Source: Anolis carolinensis (Eukaryota). From it: DNA of 64,000 nt. The DNA is taken from the NCBI RefSeq assembly GCF_035594765.1, contig NW_026943821.1, positions 17,329,608 through 17,393,607 of the forward strand, written 5' to 3'. The notes beneath the pieces were generated by a model. That model made no database searches, was not told the origin of the DNA, and was given only the letters and a program-made list of their open reading frames with translations. This document shows, one piece after another, positions 1-10,838 of this stretch. The translations under genes were made by a program, and so were the position numbers. Numbering within the stretch: position 1 is the stretch's first letter; each line of letters starts with the position of its first letter.

Positions 1-109
1 CTTGATAGCTGATGTCTGGCAGGAAACTCAGGCGTACAGGGCTCAATGTTTCTGCCTTCTTGGAAGAGGTGGGGCAATTCTTGTTCTGCAAACGGGATGG
101 GCTCAGAAC
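1..109 (-). CDS. PROSER3: PROSER3 coding exon (runs off the window): VLSPSRLQNKNCPTSSKKAETLSPVRLSFLPDISYQ
   Basis: Acceptor cctgtgcccag|GTT; open frame; resembles human PROSER3 TLSPSRSQ; phase matches the exon at 1354-1462. Confidence 0.75.
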
Positions 110-194
110 CTGGGCACAGGGAGGAGTTTGAAGAATCAGTGATCATGAGAGGCTAACATTACAGCAAAGCTTCAGAAGCATTCAAATCCAGATG

Positions 195-820
195 AGACAC
201 TGCCACGTATTCCCAAAGTTTGATCCAATAACATATTTTTATCTTATCCTTCCAATTTTTAAACTAGTTTGCATTCAGAAGTAAAGAAAAATAACAAAAT
301 CATTTATGTTGTAATAATCTTGCATGTTTTCTTTCTAGTTGATCATCCAGCATTCCGGAAAAAAAACAACCTCTGGTTTCATAGTAATTTTAACATTACA
401 ATTTCTCCCAACATCATACATATTTTAGTCCAGTATTTCTGGGCCTTTTTGCAAGATCAACAGCTTTGGTAAAATGTCCAAACATTTTCTCACATTTCCA
501 ACTTTTGCTAGAACTGCCTTTATACTCGTACGTCTTAGAAAGTCTCTCTGACATCAAGTACCACTTATATATCATTTTATTTTTCAAATCATTACTTAAA
601 TTTCAAATTCTTTGTCCAAACCTTCTCCCATCGTTGCAGTTGGATGTATATTTTGAGTTCCTTTAACCATACAACCGTTCACTTGTTCTTTCTCCATTCC
701 ATATTCAAACAACTTATACATTTTTGCAATTAATCATCTCTTGAGTACAATAGATTTTCAAACTCAGGTATAACCGTTACAAATCCAAGTAAGTTTTTCT
801 CCATATTAAACTGCTCAGTG
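195..820 (-). mobile_element. L1 LINE ORF2 C-terminal fragment, degenerate
   Basis: Minus-strand translation KMIYKWYLMSERLSK..WKCEK..CKKAQKYWTKI..KPEV..IKLWEYVA, resembling the cysteine-rich end of vertebrate L1 ORF2, with stops and frameshifts. Confidence 0.65.
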
Positions 821-1353
821 ATTTGTCTATAGGCAAACTATTGTAAAGAAATGTCACTTCTAAACCAATGATACAGAAAGCACCATAATGGTATCTTTGA
901 ATAAATCAATTCTTATATTTATTCCACACTTGCAATAGAGATGGCATCAGCCTAACCATCCACTCATCACTATCCTGTAAAGAACTACGTTAAAAGAAAA
1001 TAACTAGCATAAGCCGAATTTCACAGCTGAGTGCTCTAAATTTGGGCCACCTAGCTTAAGTCTAATATTGTAATCACAGTACTGTATCATCTAACCAAAC
1101 TCATACAGCCCACCAGCATTTTCTATTCTTGCCCAAGAACAGAAAATGCCTCCACATTTTGAGCTAACATAGGAATGCGTATTTTAATTTGAAATTAACA
1201 CTCTGTATTAAGAAAGGGTTATTTCCAACTACTCCCACATGCCTAGATTACCTGGGATCCAGAATATGGATATGATAGTTCTGCCACATTTGCCTATTCT
1301 ATTGTTGCTGAAGCATTTTATTTTCCTGCCCCATTTCCCACTTTCCATCTCAC

Positions 1354-1462
1354 CGTGTATCGTTGCTCCTCCTTCAGAGGCTGTGTCTGGGATGGGTGGT
1401 AATGACTCAGGGAACTGGATGACTCCAAAAAGGGACTTCCCAGCGTGGAGAATATAGCTAAA
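1354..1462 (-). CDS. PROSER3: PROSER3 coding exon: LAIFSTLGSPFLESSSSLSHYHPSQTQPLKEEQRYT
   Basis: Acceptor ttctcacag| and donor |gtgaga; similar to human N-terminus LPVFSIQDSPF...RSHYWPSQSQ; synteny with LIN37/HSPB6. Confidence 0.8.
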
Positions 1463-2075
1463 CTGTGAGAAGACAAAGTAGTCTTGTTAGCAATCCCATC
1501 CTTCAGCAGAAGAAACAAAGCACAAGATCCCAAGCTTACTAAGAAGAGTGGATATTTTTGCTTTCTTTCTGGACCCTGAGTACCTGAGTCTATAACATAT
1601 ATATGTTTAAATACATTATAGAGAATGAAATTAACGTGTTACGGTAGTAGTATTTCGGATTGTGCTGCTAAAAACTGTTGGTGGGAATTAGGAGTTTTGA
1701 GTGGTTCCATAAAAAACAAATAAAACCAACCAGTGACAAAACTGTTTCAAGCACATAATAATCTACAATGAGAATCATTCCAAGAAGCTCTCTATCTGAT
1801 GATCTACATTAAAACATGGAAGACATTTTAAAGCACTTAGAAACATCCAAAATATATGACCCTTCCTATCGGAATTCCACAATCTTTCTCTGTAAAGTGT
1901 ACTTAATATTATAGATAAGACCATAGTGCATCTAACTCTGCGTACATCCACATCCAATATGCAATTTTGTTTCTCTTTTTTAAAATATCAAATCAGATCC
2001 AATCCTCTTCCTTGTCTCCCTATGGGATATCTTTCTTGGATCTTCCCTAGAAAAGGCACACACCAGCTCTCATAC

Positions 2076-2189
2076 TTGGAATCCATTGTTCCCCATTAGC
2101 AAGTTCGACTTTGCAGGCAGATGATCTTGACTACGCAGTGTCTGCCTGCTTTCCTTGATGGCAGTGGAAGTTCTCACGAAGTTTATGAA
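2076..2189 (-). CDS. PROSER3: PROSER3 candidate start exon A (114 nt; coding part 2076-2086, ATG GAT TCC AA| giving MDSN)
   Basis: Acceptor tttttctttag|, donor |gtatga, strong Kozak acaATGG; 11 coding nt give the phase-2 junction needed; human starts MDRS. Confidence 0.55.
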
Positions 2190-5100
2190 CTAAAGAAAAA
2201 GAACATCACTGAGTAATCTCATCCTGCATAATTGATCTGGCTGTCAAGAGCCTCCCATTCAAATCCATAGGTGTTTCTGATAAAGCTGAATTAGCAAAAG
2301 ATGTTAAGTATAGAAGGAAAGAGCTGGAAAATAAAAGAGGACAAATTGTATGTTTGATGTGCTTGACGTGTAGGAAGAGGCTTTTATCAGAGCTACTGAT
2401 CCACCAGAAGTGGGGTTTAATCTAGCAACATTTTCTTAAATCTGAGTAGAGCTTTGAAAGTGTAGCTCAAAATGGGTGACAACTGGCCTGATCTCTGGTT
2501 CCAAAGATAACTATCACCAAGGCATCTTGCATAGTTACTTCCTATTCAATAGAGACTTCTGAAAAGGGTCAAATTTCTCAAAAACAATGGGATTCACTAT
2601 GTACAATTTCTGGTCTGCACAGGCTCTTTCAATTGCCTCACAACTACAGAGGTGGCTACTTTTATCTGCCAAAATGACAACCACAACATTCCAAGGTGTA
2701 AAGCTTTCTCCTTCTGTTTTAAAAAAGCCAAACATTGTAGGAACGGGATAAGACTATACCTCACATAGTCTGGGACTTTACAAAGTGTTACCTACAGGGT
2801 TAACCCAGCCCAGGAAATTATTCAGTTCCTGTTCATCCATTACTAAAACAATTCTGAAAGGTGACAAGAATCCAGGCTTGGCAAGTGTTCTAGAGTCATT
2901 TCTAGGTTTGCTGTAGTTCAGAGCATGGGATTCTCCCCTGCATGCAATTTAGTGGAAATTTCCATGGCATTTGTTTTTTCAGTAGACAGTTGCCAAGGTA
3001 ACCGTTTTGTTCACTTTTTTTACCCTATGAAAGCATCCCATTCACCAACCCTACTATACTATGGAGGAATGAACACAGCAAGCATTCCCCTATCTGGGAG
3101 AAAATGTTATGACTCCAAAAACGTCTGATCAAAGGTTGAGAAATTCCTGCTCTAGCATCTTTCTGTGTAGTTCTCACAGCCTGGCAATGTATTCAAAAAC
3201 AGCCTTTACCCAAAGTGAAACAAGTAAATAGGCTTAGTTGGTATAGGCTGAAATAACCTGAAGGGATGCTCTCAAAAGTACAGTTCTGCAAATCAGAATC
3301 CCATGAAAGGAGAAAACCCAGTTCTCAAGGGCTTGAAGCAACTGGCTAGTCTAAGACAATACCATTCATTTGTCGCAAAATGGAGTCTTGCTGGAATCTA
3401 TACAATATAATCATGCTTGTAGGTACAGAAAATTCTAACTTATGTAGCCATGCGCATTCGATGCAGCTGCACTACCGGCTGGGCAGAGAGCTCAGGTTCT
3501 ATAATGCGAGGAACTCAGCTTCTATAATTCAAGTCCCTTCTTAGTGGGGTCAGCAGCTCCTGGCAGGTAGTACAGGAATGGCTCCTTGCTACAAAGCCTT
3601 TACGCAGAAGTTTCATAGTTGTTCTGCTGACTGCTGTGACAATTTAACAGGCTGCTACTTGTAGCCTACATGTCAGATCTCATTGCCCAAGGAGGAGATA
3701 AAACGGGCTGTTCCCCAAGGTCCCCTGGCTAGCAGGTAGAGCTGTGCAGGTTTTGCTAGTGCTAGATTCCTCTTTATGTTACCAGTTTCAAAAATGCAGC
3801 AAGTTCCAGAAGCTTCTGAAACATGACTATACAGCCCAAGACTCACAGCAACCCAGTGATTCCGCCATGAACGCCTTCAACAATACAAGATCCCTTCACA
3901 TACCAATCCAGACTAGCAAGGCCATGTCATTGAATTCTGTAAGTAATGATGGTTCATCATGACTCTTTTAATGTAGGCTCATGACACTTGAGTGCTACAG
4001 CTAGTTAAAAATAAATCAACTAGCAAGAATATTGTCTATTAAAACCATTTTACAGTACATTAGCAGCAGATGGCACACAGAGAGAGAAGGTGATTCAATA
4101 ATTATTTCCATTAGCTTTGCTCAACAGATTACCAAGCATTTTGAACTATAAATGTGCCTGTACTTTCACAAGCTGACTTAATGTACTTTGTAGTATGGAA
4201 GGCTTGGGAGATGGGGTGCTAAGGAAAACCAACAAGACTCCAATAGAGTTGAAAAGAGAGCCAAAAAGGAATTTAGAAACACCCAAAAGACACAATATCA
4301 CAGTTTAGGACATTCTCTCAAAGAAGTAGTTTCAAATGCTGGATATGTTGATTCAGAAAGCCAGTCATCAAACTGGGGGGGGGGGGGGTGCTTTTGATCT
4401 TTCCTAATTTAAAGTGCAGAATAGGGTAATATACAAAAGAAAAAGTTCCTTTGTAATTCCATTTTATAAAAACAGCCTAACACAACTTTTTCTCTTACAA
4501 GTTTTTGCCACTGAATCACTCAACCTGCAGTGCCCAGAAGAAGACTGGCAAGACAGAAAGAATAAAATAGGCATGAGCAGTAAAACATTACAAGGACCAA
4601 TTCCCCAAACAGAGGAGGGCGGGAACAAAGATCTACTAGTACCTTTTCAAATATTTTTGTCATAGAAAATTCAACAGAAATATGCACTCCTTCAATTAGT
4701 ATAGCTTTAATTACAGTTCTTGCACACACACAAACTCTTTGTTTGATATCATGTCACTTGATAAAACATGCTACAAAATGGTTAAGGCAACCTCAGTTTC
4801 CCTGTGCTTGGTTTCAAAGTGGCATCCTTAGGTTGGTAGGTTTCAAGAATGCTGCTGTAGTAGGCTCATAAACCAGACTGTCTTTGCATTTTAATATGGT
4901 GGCACAAAGCGAAGAATACCCCCAACTCAGATGGGTTTAAATAAATGGCTTGAGGTTACTTCATGGCACCCGCTCAAACTTGAATCGGTCCTTTCTGAAT
5001 GTGCATGTCCTTGTTTATATTCTGGCTTGCCCTGCTTTCTGGCAACAGATGCCACAGTTGTCAGCATTCATGGGATGACAGGAAAGCATCTCAGCATTTG

Positions 5101-5987
5101 CAAACCTTCCTCTTCCTTGTGTGATCATCAACCATGTACCAGATACTGTCATCATAAGTCAATCCCCATTCATGCCAATGGCTAATTTCCAGATTTCAAC
5201 TGGTCAAGACTATATCTTTTTTCAGAAGGATCGGGTTTAATATCTGTAAGATATTTTTATGTGGAAGACATGCAGTTTCTTTGCTGCCCTTTTTATTTAA
5301 GTCTTAGGAAATATCTATCTTGCCTCTTTGATTACATATAAAGAAAAAGCTTTTCCATGTTCTCTTTAACCAGAAATTCACATTTTTCCCAAGAAAACAA
5401 ACAGGAAAGTTTAATAAACTGCCATTGGATTATTTTGAAGATTATGTCTATTTATTGATCCACCTCTGAAGGTATGCAATCAGAAAGGAATATGGTGGTA
5501 CAAGCAATAATGGGCTGAAATGGGCTCTTGATATATCAGCTCCATTCAATACAATGGGTGCCAGTCCAGAGAAACAAAAGGGTGCTTTACGATGTTGGCC
5601 ATTTCAATGGAAGTCCCAGGAGGGGGATCCAACTTGGTGACAGAGAGAAGATTCCGAGAAATATATCAGTTCATATCAGGGGAAACTGTAAAAGACCCAG
5701 AGGCTCTTGCACAAACTCATTGTGTGCCCCCGAGTGTCCCCGGGGTATTGTGTGGGGATTATGATAATTATGAGACTACATCCCGAGGGCCGAGAGACAG
5801 TGGGGAAACATTCCTGGGGAAATTCATGAAAGGTTACTACAGGACAAGTGGAGAAAGCAATGCAGGCTCGCTGTATGTCCCAATGGAGCTGTGGATCATA
5901 ATTCATAATTTTGGGGTCTAATTTTCAATAACACACTGAGAGGGATTGTTTCAAGGATGAAATGTGAAGAAGAAACACGTGCAATAC

Positions 5988-5998
5988 CTTGACCTCAT
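5988..5998 (-). CDS. PROSER3: PROSER3 candidate start exon B, coding part (ATG AGG TCA AG| giving MRSS)
   Basis: Donor AAG|gtattg in the correct phase; weak Kozak (tcaATGA). Confidence 0.4.
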
Positions 5999-6487
5999 TG
6001 AAAGAAAGCTACTATAAACATGTAAATCAACACTGATCCGGCTACATATACCAATTGCGATACATAAATAGCCTAAAACTAAAACTAATTTATAATTAAA
6101 CAACAAAATAATCTGGCCATTTCTAAAATAGTTCAATTAATTTATTTGTGTTCAGAAAAACAAAAATGTTTGCTCCAAATTTTACATACATCTGGGTAAC
6201 CATTTAAAATGCTAGATGCTTATAAAAGCTCAAAACTATGACTGAATTCCCAAGTGGCAACTATTTTGGATGCAAAATTGAACTGTTAGTAATCCAATTA
6301 TCCCAGTGTAGTATTCACTGAAAGCAGCATGATTTGACCTCAAATGACCGAGTAGAATGAAGTGAACCTGTCTACTTGCTGGGCCTGTTTTTCACCCACA
6401 AACACAAGAAAATGTGTTCAGAACATCCACATATAACCACAATTGCCTAGTGATATCTGCATATCATACTACTGTTAGCGATACGAT

Positions 6488-7181
6488 TTATTTATTTATT
6501 TATTTTATTCTATTTATATCCTGCCTTTCTCTTGAGGGGACTCAAGGTGGCTTTACACATGGCAACTAGACAACAGTCAATGAATACATTTAAGTTAAAA
6601 TTTAAAAATTTGAGTTAAAATGCACATTAAAACATATAAAAATTATAATCACTATTAAAATCACGCCATCCATAATCATAATCTGAGGCCATTCCAAGAA
6701 TTATTGCACATATTTCTTAGTTATTACTGCACTGTAGTTAATATCCAGAGGTTTGACCCCAGAGCCAGGTTTTCACTTTCCTTCTGAAAGCCAGGAGGGA
6801 GGAAGCTGTTCTATTATCACTGGGGAAGGAATTCCATAGTCAAGGGGCCAACAATGAGAAGACTTTGTCTCTCATTCCCACCAGACACACCTCCGAAGGT
6901 GGGGCTGAGAGCAGGGCCTCCCACGACAATCTTAATCTCCTAAGTGGTTCATAGGAGGAGATATGTTCGGACAGATAAGCTAGCCTAAACTGTTTAGGGC
7001 TTTATAGGCTAAAGGCAGCACTTCGAATTGTGCTCAGGAGCAAACTGGCAGCCAGTGGAGCTGGCGCAACCGGGGAGTTGCATGCTCCTTGTACGCCGCT
7101 CCGGTGATCAACCTGGCTGCTGTCCGTTGGATTATTTGAAGCTTCCGAACAGTCTTCAAAGGCAACCCCGTATAGAGCGCA
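6488..7181 (-). mobile_element. L2 LINE 3' fragment
   Basis: YTGLPLKTVRKLQIIQRTAARLITG..PRLRQLHWLPV (L2 ORF2 end) plus a (TAAA)n tail. Confidence 0.8.
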
Positions 7182-7354
7182 AACACAATAAAAAGAAATA
7201 TTAATAAAGTAGACAATACTTTACTCTCAGGGAAAAACAGAAGTACACTTAGGCTTTTGGGGTTTTTTAATATTATAATCTAGATATTATTATATATAAT
7301 TTTTATATATAATGTTATTATCATTTTATATGTTTTAATGTGCATTCTAACACA

Positions 7355-8112
7355 CCCAGTGGAGAAGTGTGTTAAAGCACTAAGCTGCTGAACTTGCAGA
7401 CCGAAAGGTCCTAGGTTCAAATCCCAGAAGCGGAGTGAGCACCCGCTGTTAGCTCCAGCTTCTGCCAACCTAGCAGTTCAAAAACATGCAAATGGGAGCG
7501 GTATCAATAGGTACCGCTCCGGCGGGAAGGTAACGGTGCAGTCATGCACCACATGACCTTGGAGGTGTCTACGGACAACGCCGGCTCTTCGGCATTACCA
7601 TTTATGTGTTTTAAATGCAATTTTTTATCCTGTATTTTTGTTTTAATTGATATACAGTAGAGTCTCACTTATCCAAGCCTTGCTTATCCAAGCCTCTGGA
7701 TAATCCAAGCCATTTTTGTAGTCAATGTTTTCAATATATCGTGATATTTTGGTGCTAAATTCGTAAATACAGTAATTACAACATAACATTACTGCGTATT
7801 GAACTGCTTTTTATGTCAAATTTGTTGTAAAACATGTTTTGGTGCTTAATTTGTAAAATCATAACCTAATTTGATGTTTAATAGGCTTTTACTTAATCCC
7901 TCCTTATTGTCCAAGATATTCGCTTATCCAAGCTTCTGCCGGCCCGTTTAGCTTGGATAAGTGAGACTCTACTGTATTGTATTACTGCTTTATCTTTTTA
8001 TAGTGTGATTTGTATTATGTTGCCTATATTTTGTCCTATGTTGTTTGGGCCTCTGCCCCATGCAAGCCGCCCCGAGTCCCCACGGGGAGATGGTAGCGGG
8101 ATATAAATAAAG

Positions 8113-8156
<44 letters not shown>

Positions 8157-8235
8157 GGCTTAGAAATGGAGATGACCACCAACCCCCAGAGTCAGACATG
8201 ACTGGACTTAACGTCAGGAGAAACATTTACCTTTT
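7355..8235 (+). mobile_element. Sauria SINE split by an L2-type 3' tail (7594-8153), which itself contains a MITE
   Basis: SINE body ends ...gccggctcttcggc and resumes ttcggcttagaaatggagatg; TSD ttcggc at 7588-7593 and 8154-8159. Confidence 0.8.
7655..7974. mobile_element. Tc1/mariner-superfamily MITE, family A
   Basis: Terminal inverted repeat (TIR) cagtagagtctcacttatccaagc; TA TSD. Confidence 0.9.
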
Positions 8236-8299
8236 AATCTAATATAGATAAACTGGTGAACTGAGGCCTACCTCTACCCCTGAAGCCTTTCCCGCTTTT

Positions 8300-8780
8300 C
8301 CCAAAACAAACTTACCGCCCCGATGGTCACTTAGCAACCGAAAGAGGAAGCCACCCCAAAGGACGCCGGGTAAACCATTCCCCACCTTCAGCATCGGCTC
8401 CGGTATTGGACTACCTTTCCCAAGATGCTTTGCGAGCTACGTAACCGGAACCACGGGGACGTTCTGGGGTTCAACTATTGTTGCGGGGAACCTGAAAGCC
8501 TGCAGCTGATTTCAGCAGCTGCAACTTCCGGATGCGTTCACTTCCGGCTTTTCCGCTGTTGCTGTGCCGCCACTTCCGCCGTTTTGCTTGGGCCTACAGT
8601 TCCCGGCATGCAGTGCTCCGGAGGCGGTTTTTCTGCTTCGTGTAAACACCCGAAGGGAGCAAAAGGAAGCGGTAAGAGTACCGGGAAAACGCCGCCCGGG
8701 ATCCGTTGCAGGCAGCGCCTCGGCTGCCTTTTCCTGACAACCCAAAAGGCCTCGAAACGTAAGAAAGCGCGCGTGATCCC
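8300..8780. promoter_or_regulatory. CpG-rich bidirectional promoter of PROSER3 and LIN37, with non-coding first exons
   Basis: CpG dense; ZNF143/SBS-like motifs actacctttcccaagatgc (8410-8428) and ctacagttcccggcatgc (8594-8611); several ETS/GABP acttccg motifs (8524-8580); CCAAT (attgg 8405-8409); X-box-like gtcacttagcaac (8326-8338); donors at 8315 (-, gtaagt) and 8672 / 8759 (+, gtaaga). Confidence 0.8.
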
Positions 8781-9037
8781 TTGTTTCTGATGAAGTAGAC
8801 CAGGCATGTGTCAACTTTGGCCCTCCAGTTGTTTTGGACTTCAACTCCCATCATTCCTCACAGCCTGAGGGCCAAAGTTGGCCCATGCCTGAGTTATAGA
8901 GACGGGAACGTCAGATGTTATGCAGACATCCTACAGAAAAGGGAATAATTAATCATCATTATAGGTAACAAAATTTGGAAAAAAAATCTGTTCCTGGTTT
9001 GAAAGTGTTATTTCCTGCAGTACTTACTTTGAAAGTA

Positions 9038-9357
9038 CAGTAGAGTCTCACTTATCCAAGCCTCGCTTATCCAAGCCTCTGGATAATCCAAGCCATTTTT
9101 GTAGTCAATGTTTTCAATATATCATGATATTTTGGTGCTAAATTCGTAAATACAGTAATTACAACATAACATTACTGCATATTGAACTACTTTTTCTGTC
9201 AAATTGGTTGTATAACATGTTTTGGTGCTTAATTTGTAAAATCATAACCTAATTTGATGTTTAATAGGCTTTTCCTTAATCCCTCCTTATTATCCAAGAT
9301 ATTCGCTTATCCAAGCTTCTGCCAGCCCGTTTAGCTTGGATAAGTGAGACTCTACTG
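9038..9357. mobile_element. Tc1/mariner MITE, family A
   Basis: Same TIRs; TA TSD. Confidence 0.9.
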
Positions 9358-9412
9358 TAGTTGCCATATTCCAGCAACTTCATTTCTGCAGCTTCCACAA
9401 ACTATGTTGAAT

Positions 9413-10295
9413 TGTGCTGTCGAAAGCTTTCATGGCCAGAATCAATGGTTAGCTGTGAGTTTTCTGGGCTGTATTGCCATGGAGCCCACTGTGACGCCAT
9501 GGGTTAAACCGTTGAGCTGTTGAATGAAAAGTTGCTGGTTTGAATTTGGGGAGCAGGTTGAGTGCTCGCTGTTAGCCCCAGTTTTTGCCAATTCGAAAAC
9601 ATACAAATGTGAATAGATCAATACCCTGTTTCCCCTAAAATAAGACATCCCCAGATAATAAAACCTAGTAGAGGTTTTGCTGAATTGCTAAATATAAGGC
9701 TTCCCCCGAAAGTAAAACCTATCAAAGTTTTTGTTTGGAAGCATGCCCGCCGAACACGACACCAGAGCATGCAGGATCGGTAAATGTACGTACCATAAAG
9801 TGTTGTACATAGAAATATTGGTAGTAACAAGAAATTCTTGATAGGATACACAGTTTGTCTGATTATGCTGTACAGTATATAATAAACCTTCATTTTTTTG
9901 TTCAACAATAAATGTGAATTCTTCTTCATGAAAAAATAAGACATCCCCTGAAAATAAGACCTAGAGTATCTTTGGGAGCAAAAATTAATATAAGACAACA
10001 GTAGGTATCGCTTCAGCAGGAAGGTAGCAGCACTCCTTGCAGTCATGCCAGCCACATGACCTTGGAGGTGTCTACAGACTTAGAAAAGGAGATGAGCACC
10101 AACCCCCAAGTCGGACACAACTAGACATCAGGGGAAACCTTTACTTTACTTATGGCCATGTTCCAGAAGCATTATCTTCTGACGTTTCAGCCACATCTAT
10201 AGCAGGCATCCTCAGAGGTTGTGAGGTCTGTTGGAAACTAAGCAAGTTTATATATCTGGGGGAAGTCCAGGGTGGGAGAAAGAACTCTTGTCTGA
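9413..10295 (-). mobile_element. Penelope-like pLTR fragment interrupted by a Sauria SINE (9481-10148), which is interrupted by a MITE (9624-about 10001)
   Basis: Penelope sequence resumes at tatggccatgttccagaagc (about 10151); SINE resumes at ggtatcgcttcagc; MITE TIR ccctgtttcccctaaaataagac. Confidence 0.75.
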
Positions 10296-10838
10296 GATAC
10301 TTTGATTGTGCTTTTCCAGCATGGCAAGGGGTTGGACTAGATTGCCCATGTGGTCTCTTCCAACACTATGATTTTATGTTGCCCATGTGGTCTCTTCCAA
10401 CACCATGATTTTATGTTGCGGCCAGAAACCACCACAATACAGAGGATGATGGGGGGCAGTAAAGGTGGCTGTCCAGTGATGCCAAACTTTGTTTGCTATC
10501 ATTGGGCAATTGGGACTCTCTCCTGCCTCCGCAGTGACCAGGGGATGCTTGTGTACCCATTTGGTATGCGCCACATCAGATTAGTACCAGGATAGCAGTT
10601 TCAGTGTAGGTTTGCCCCTTGTCTTTCTGTTTCGTATAACTTTCACATGAGTATTCTGAAGAATAGCATGTGTAAGACTAAAATTTTCCTGATTCTACAA
10701 AAACATGATTAACCCATGCAGTTTGTCACATAACGTCTTTTAAATGTCTACTTGTCTTCAAGCACTCAGTCTGTCCCAGATGAGAAGTGCCATAGCAGTG
10801 TTGTTTTTCTCTTTCAGGGAACAGAATATTTGATAAAC

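Noticed and set aside
4960-5243. Exon-like segment on the minus strand with a good acceptor
   Set aside because: Stops in all three frames; at most a UTR or cryptic exon
5528-5921. Overlapping 78-109 aa ORFs in a PROSER3 intron
   Set aside because: No motif, splice context or family I can recognise; possibly an old TE fragment
8425-8854. Several ORFs over the CpG island
   Set aside because: Expected in GC-rich promoter DNA; the true LIN37 ATG is at 10839
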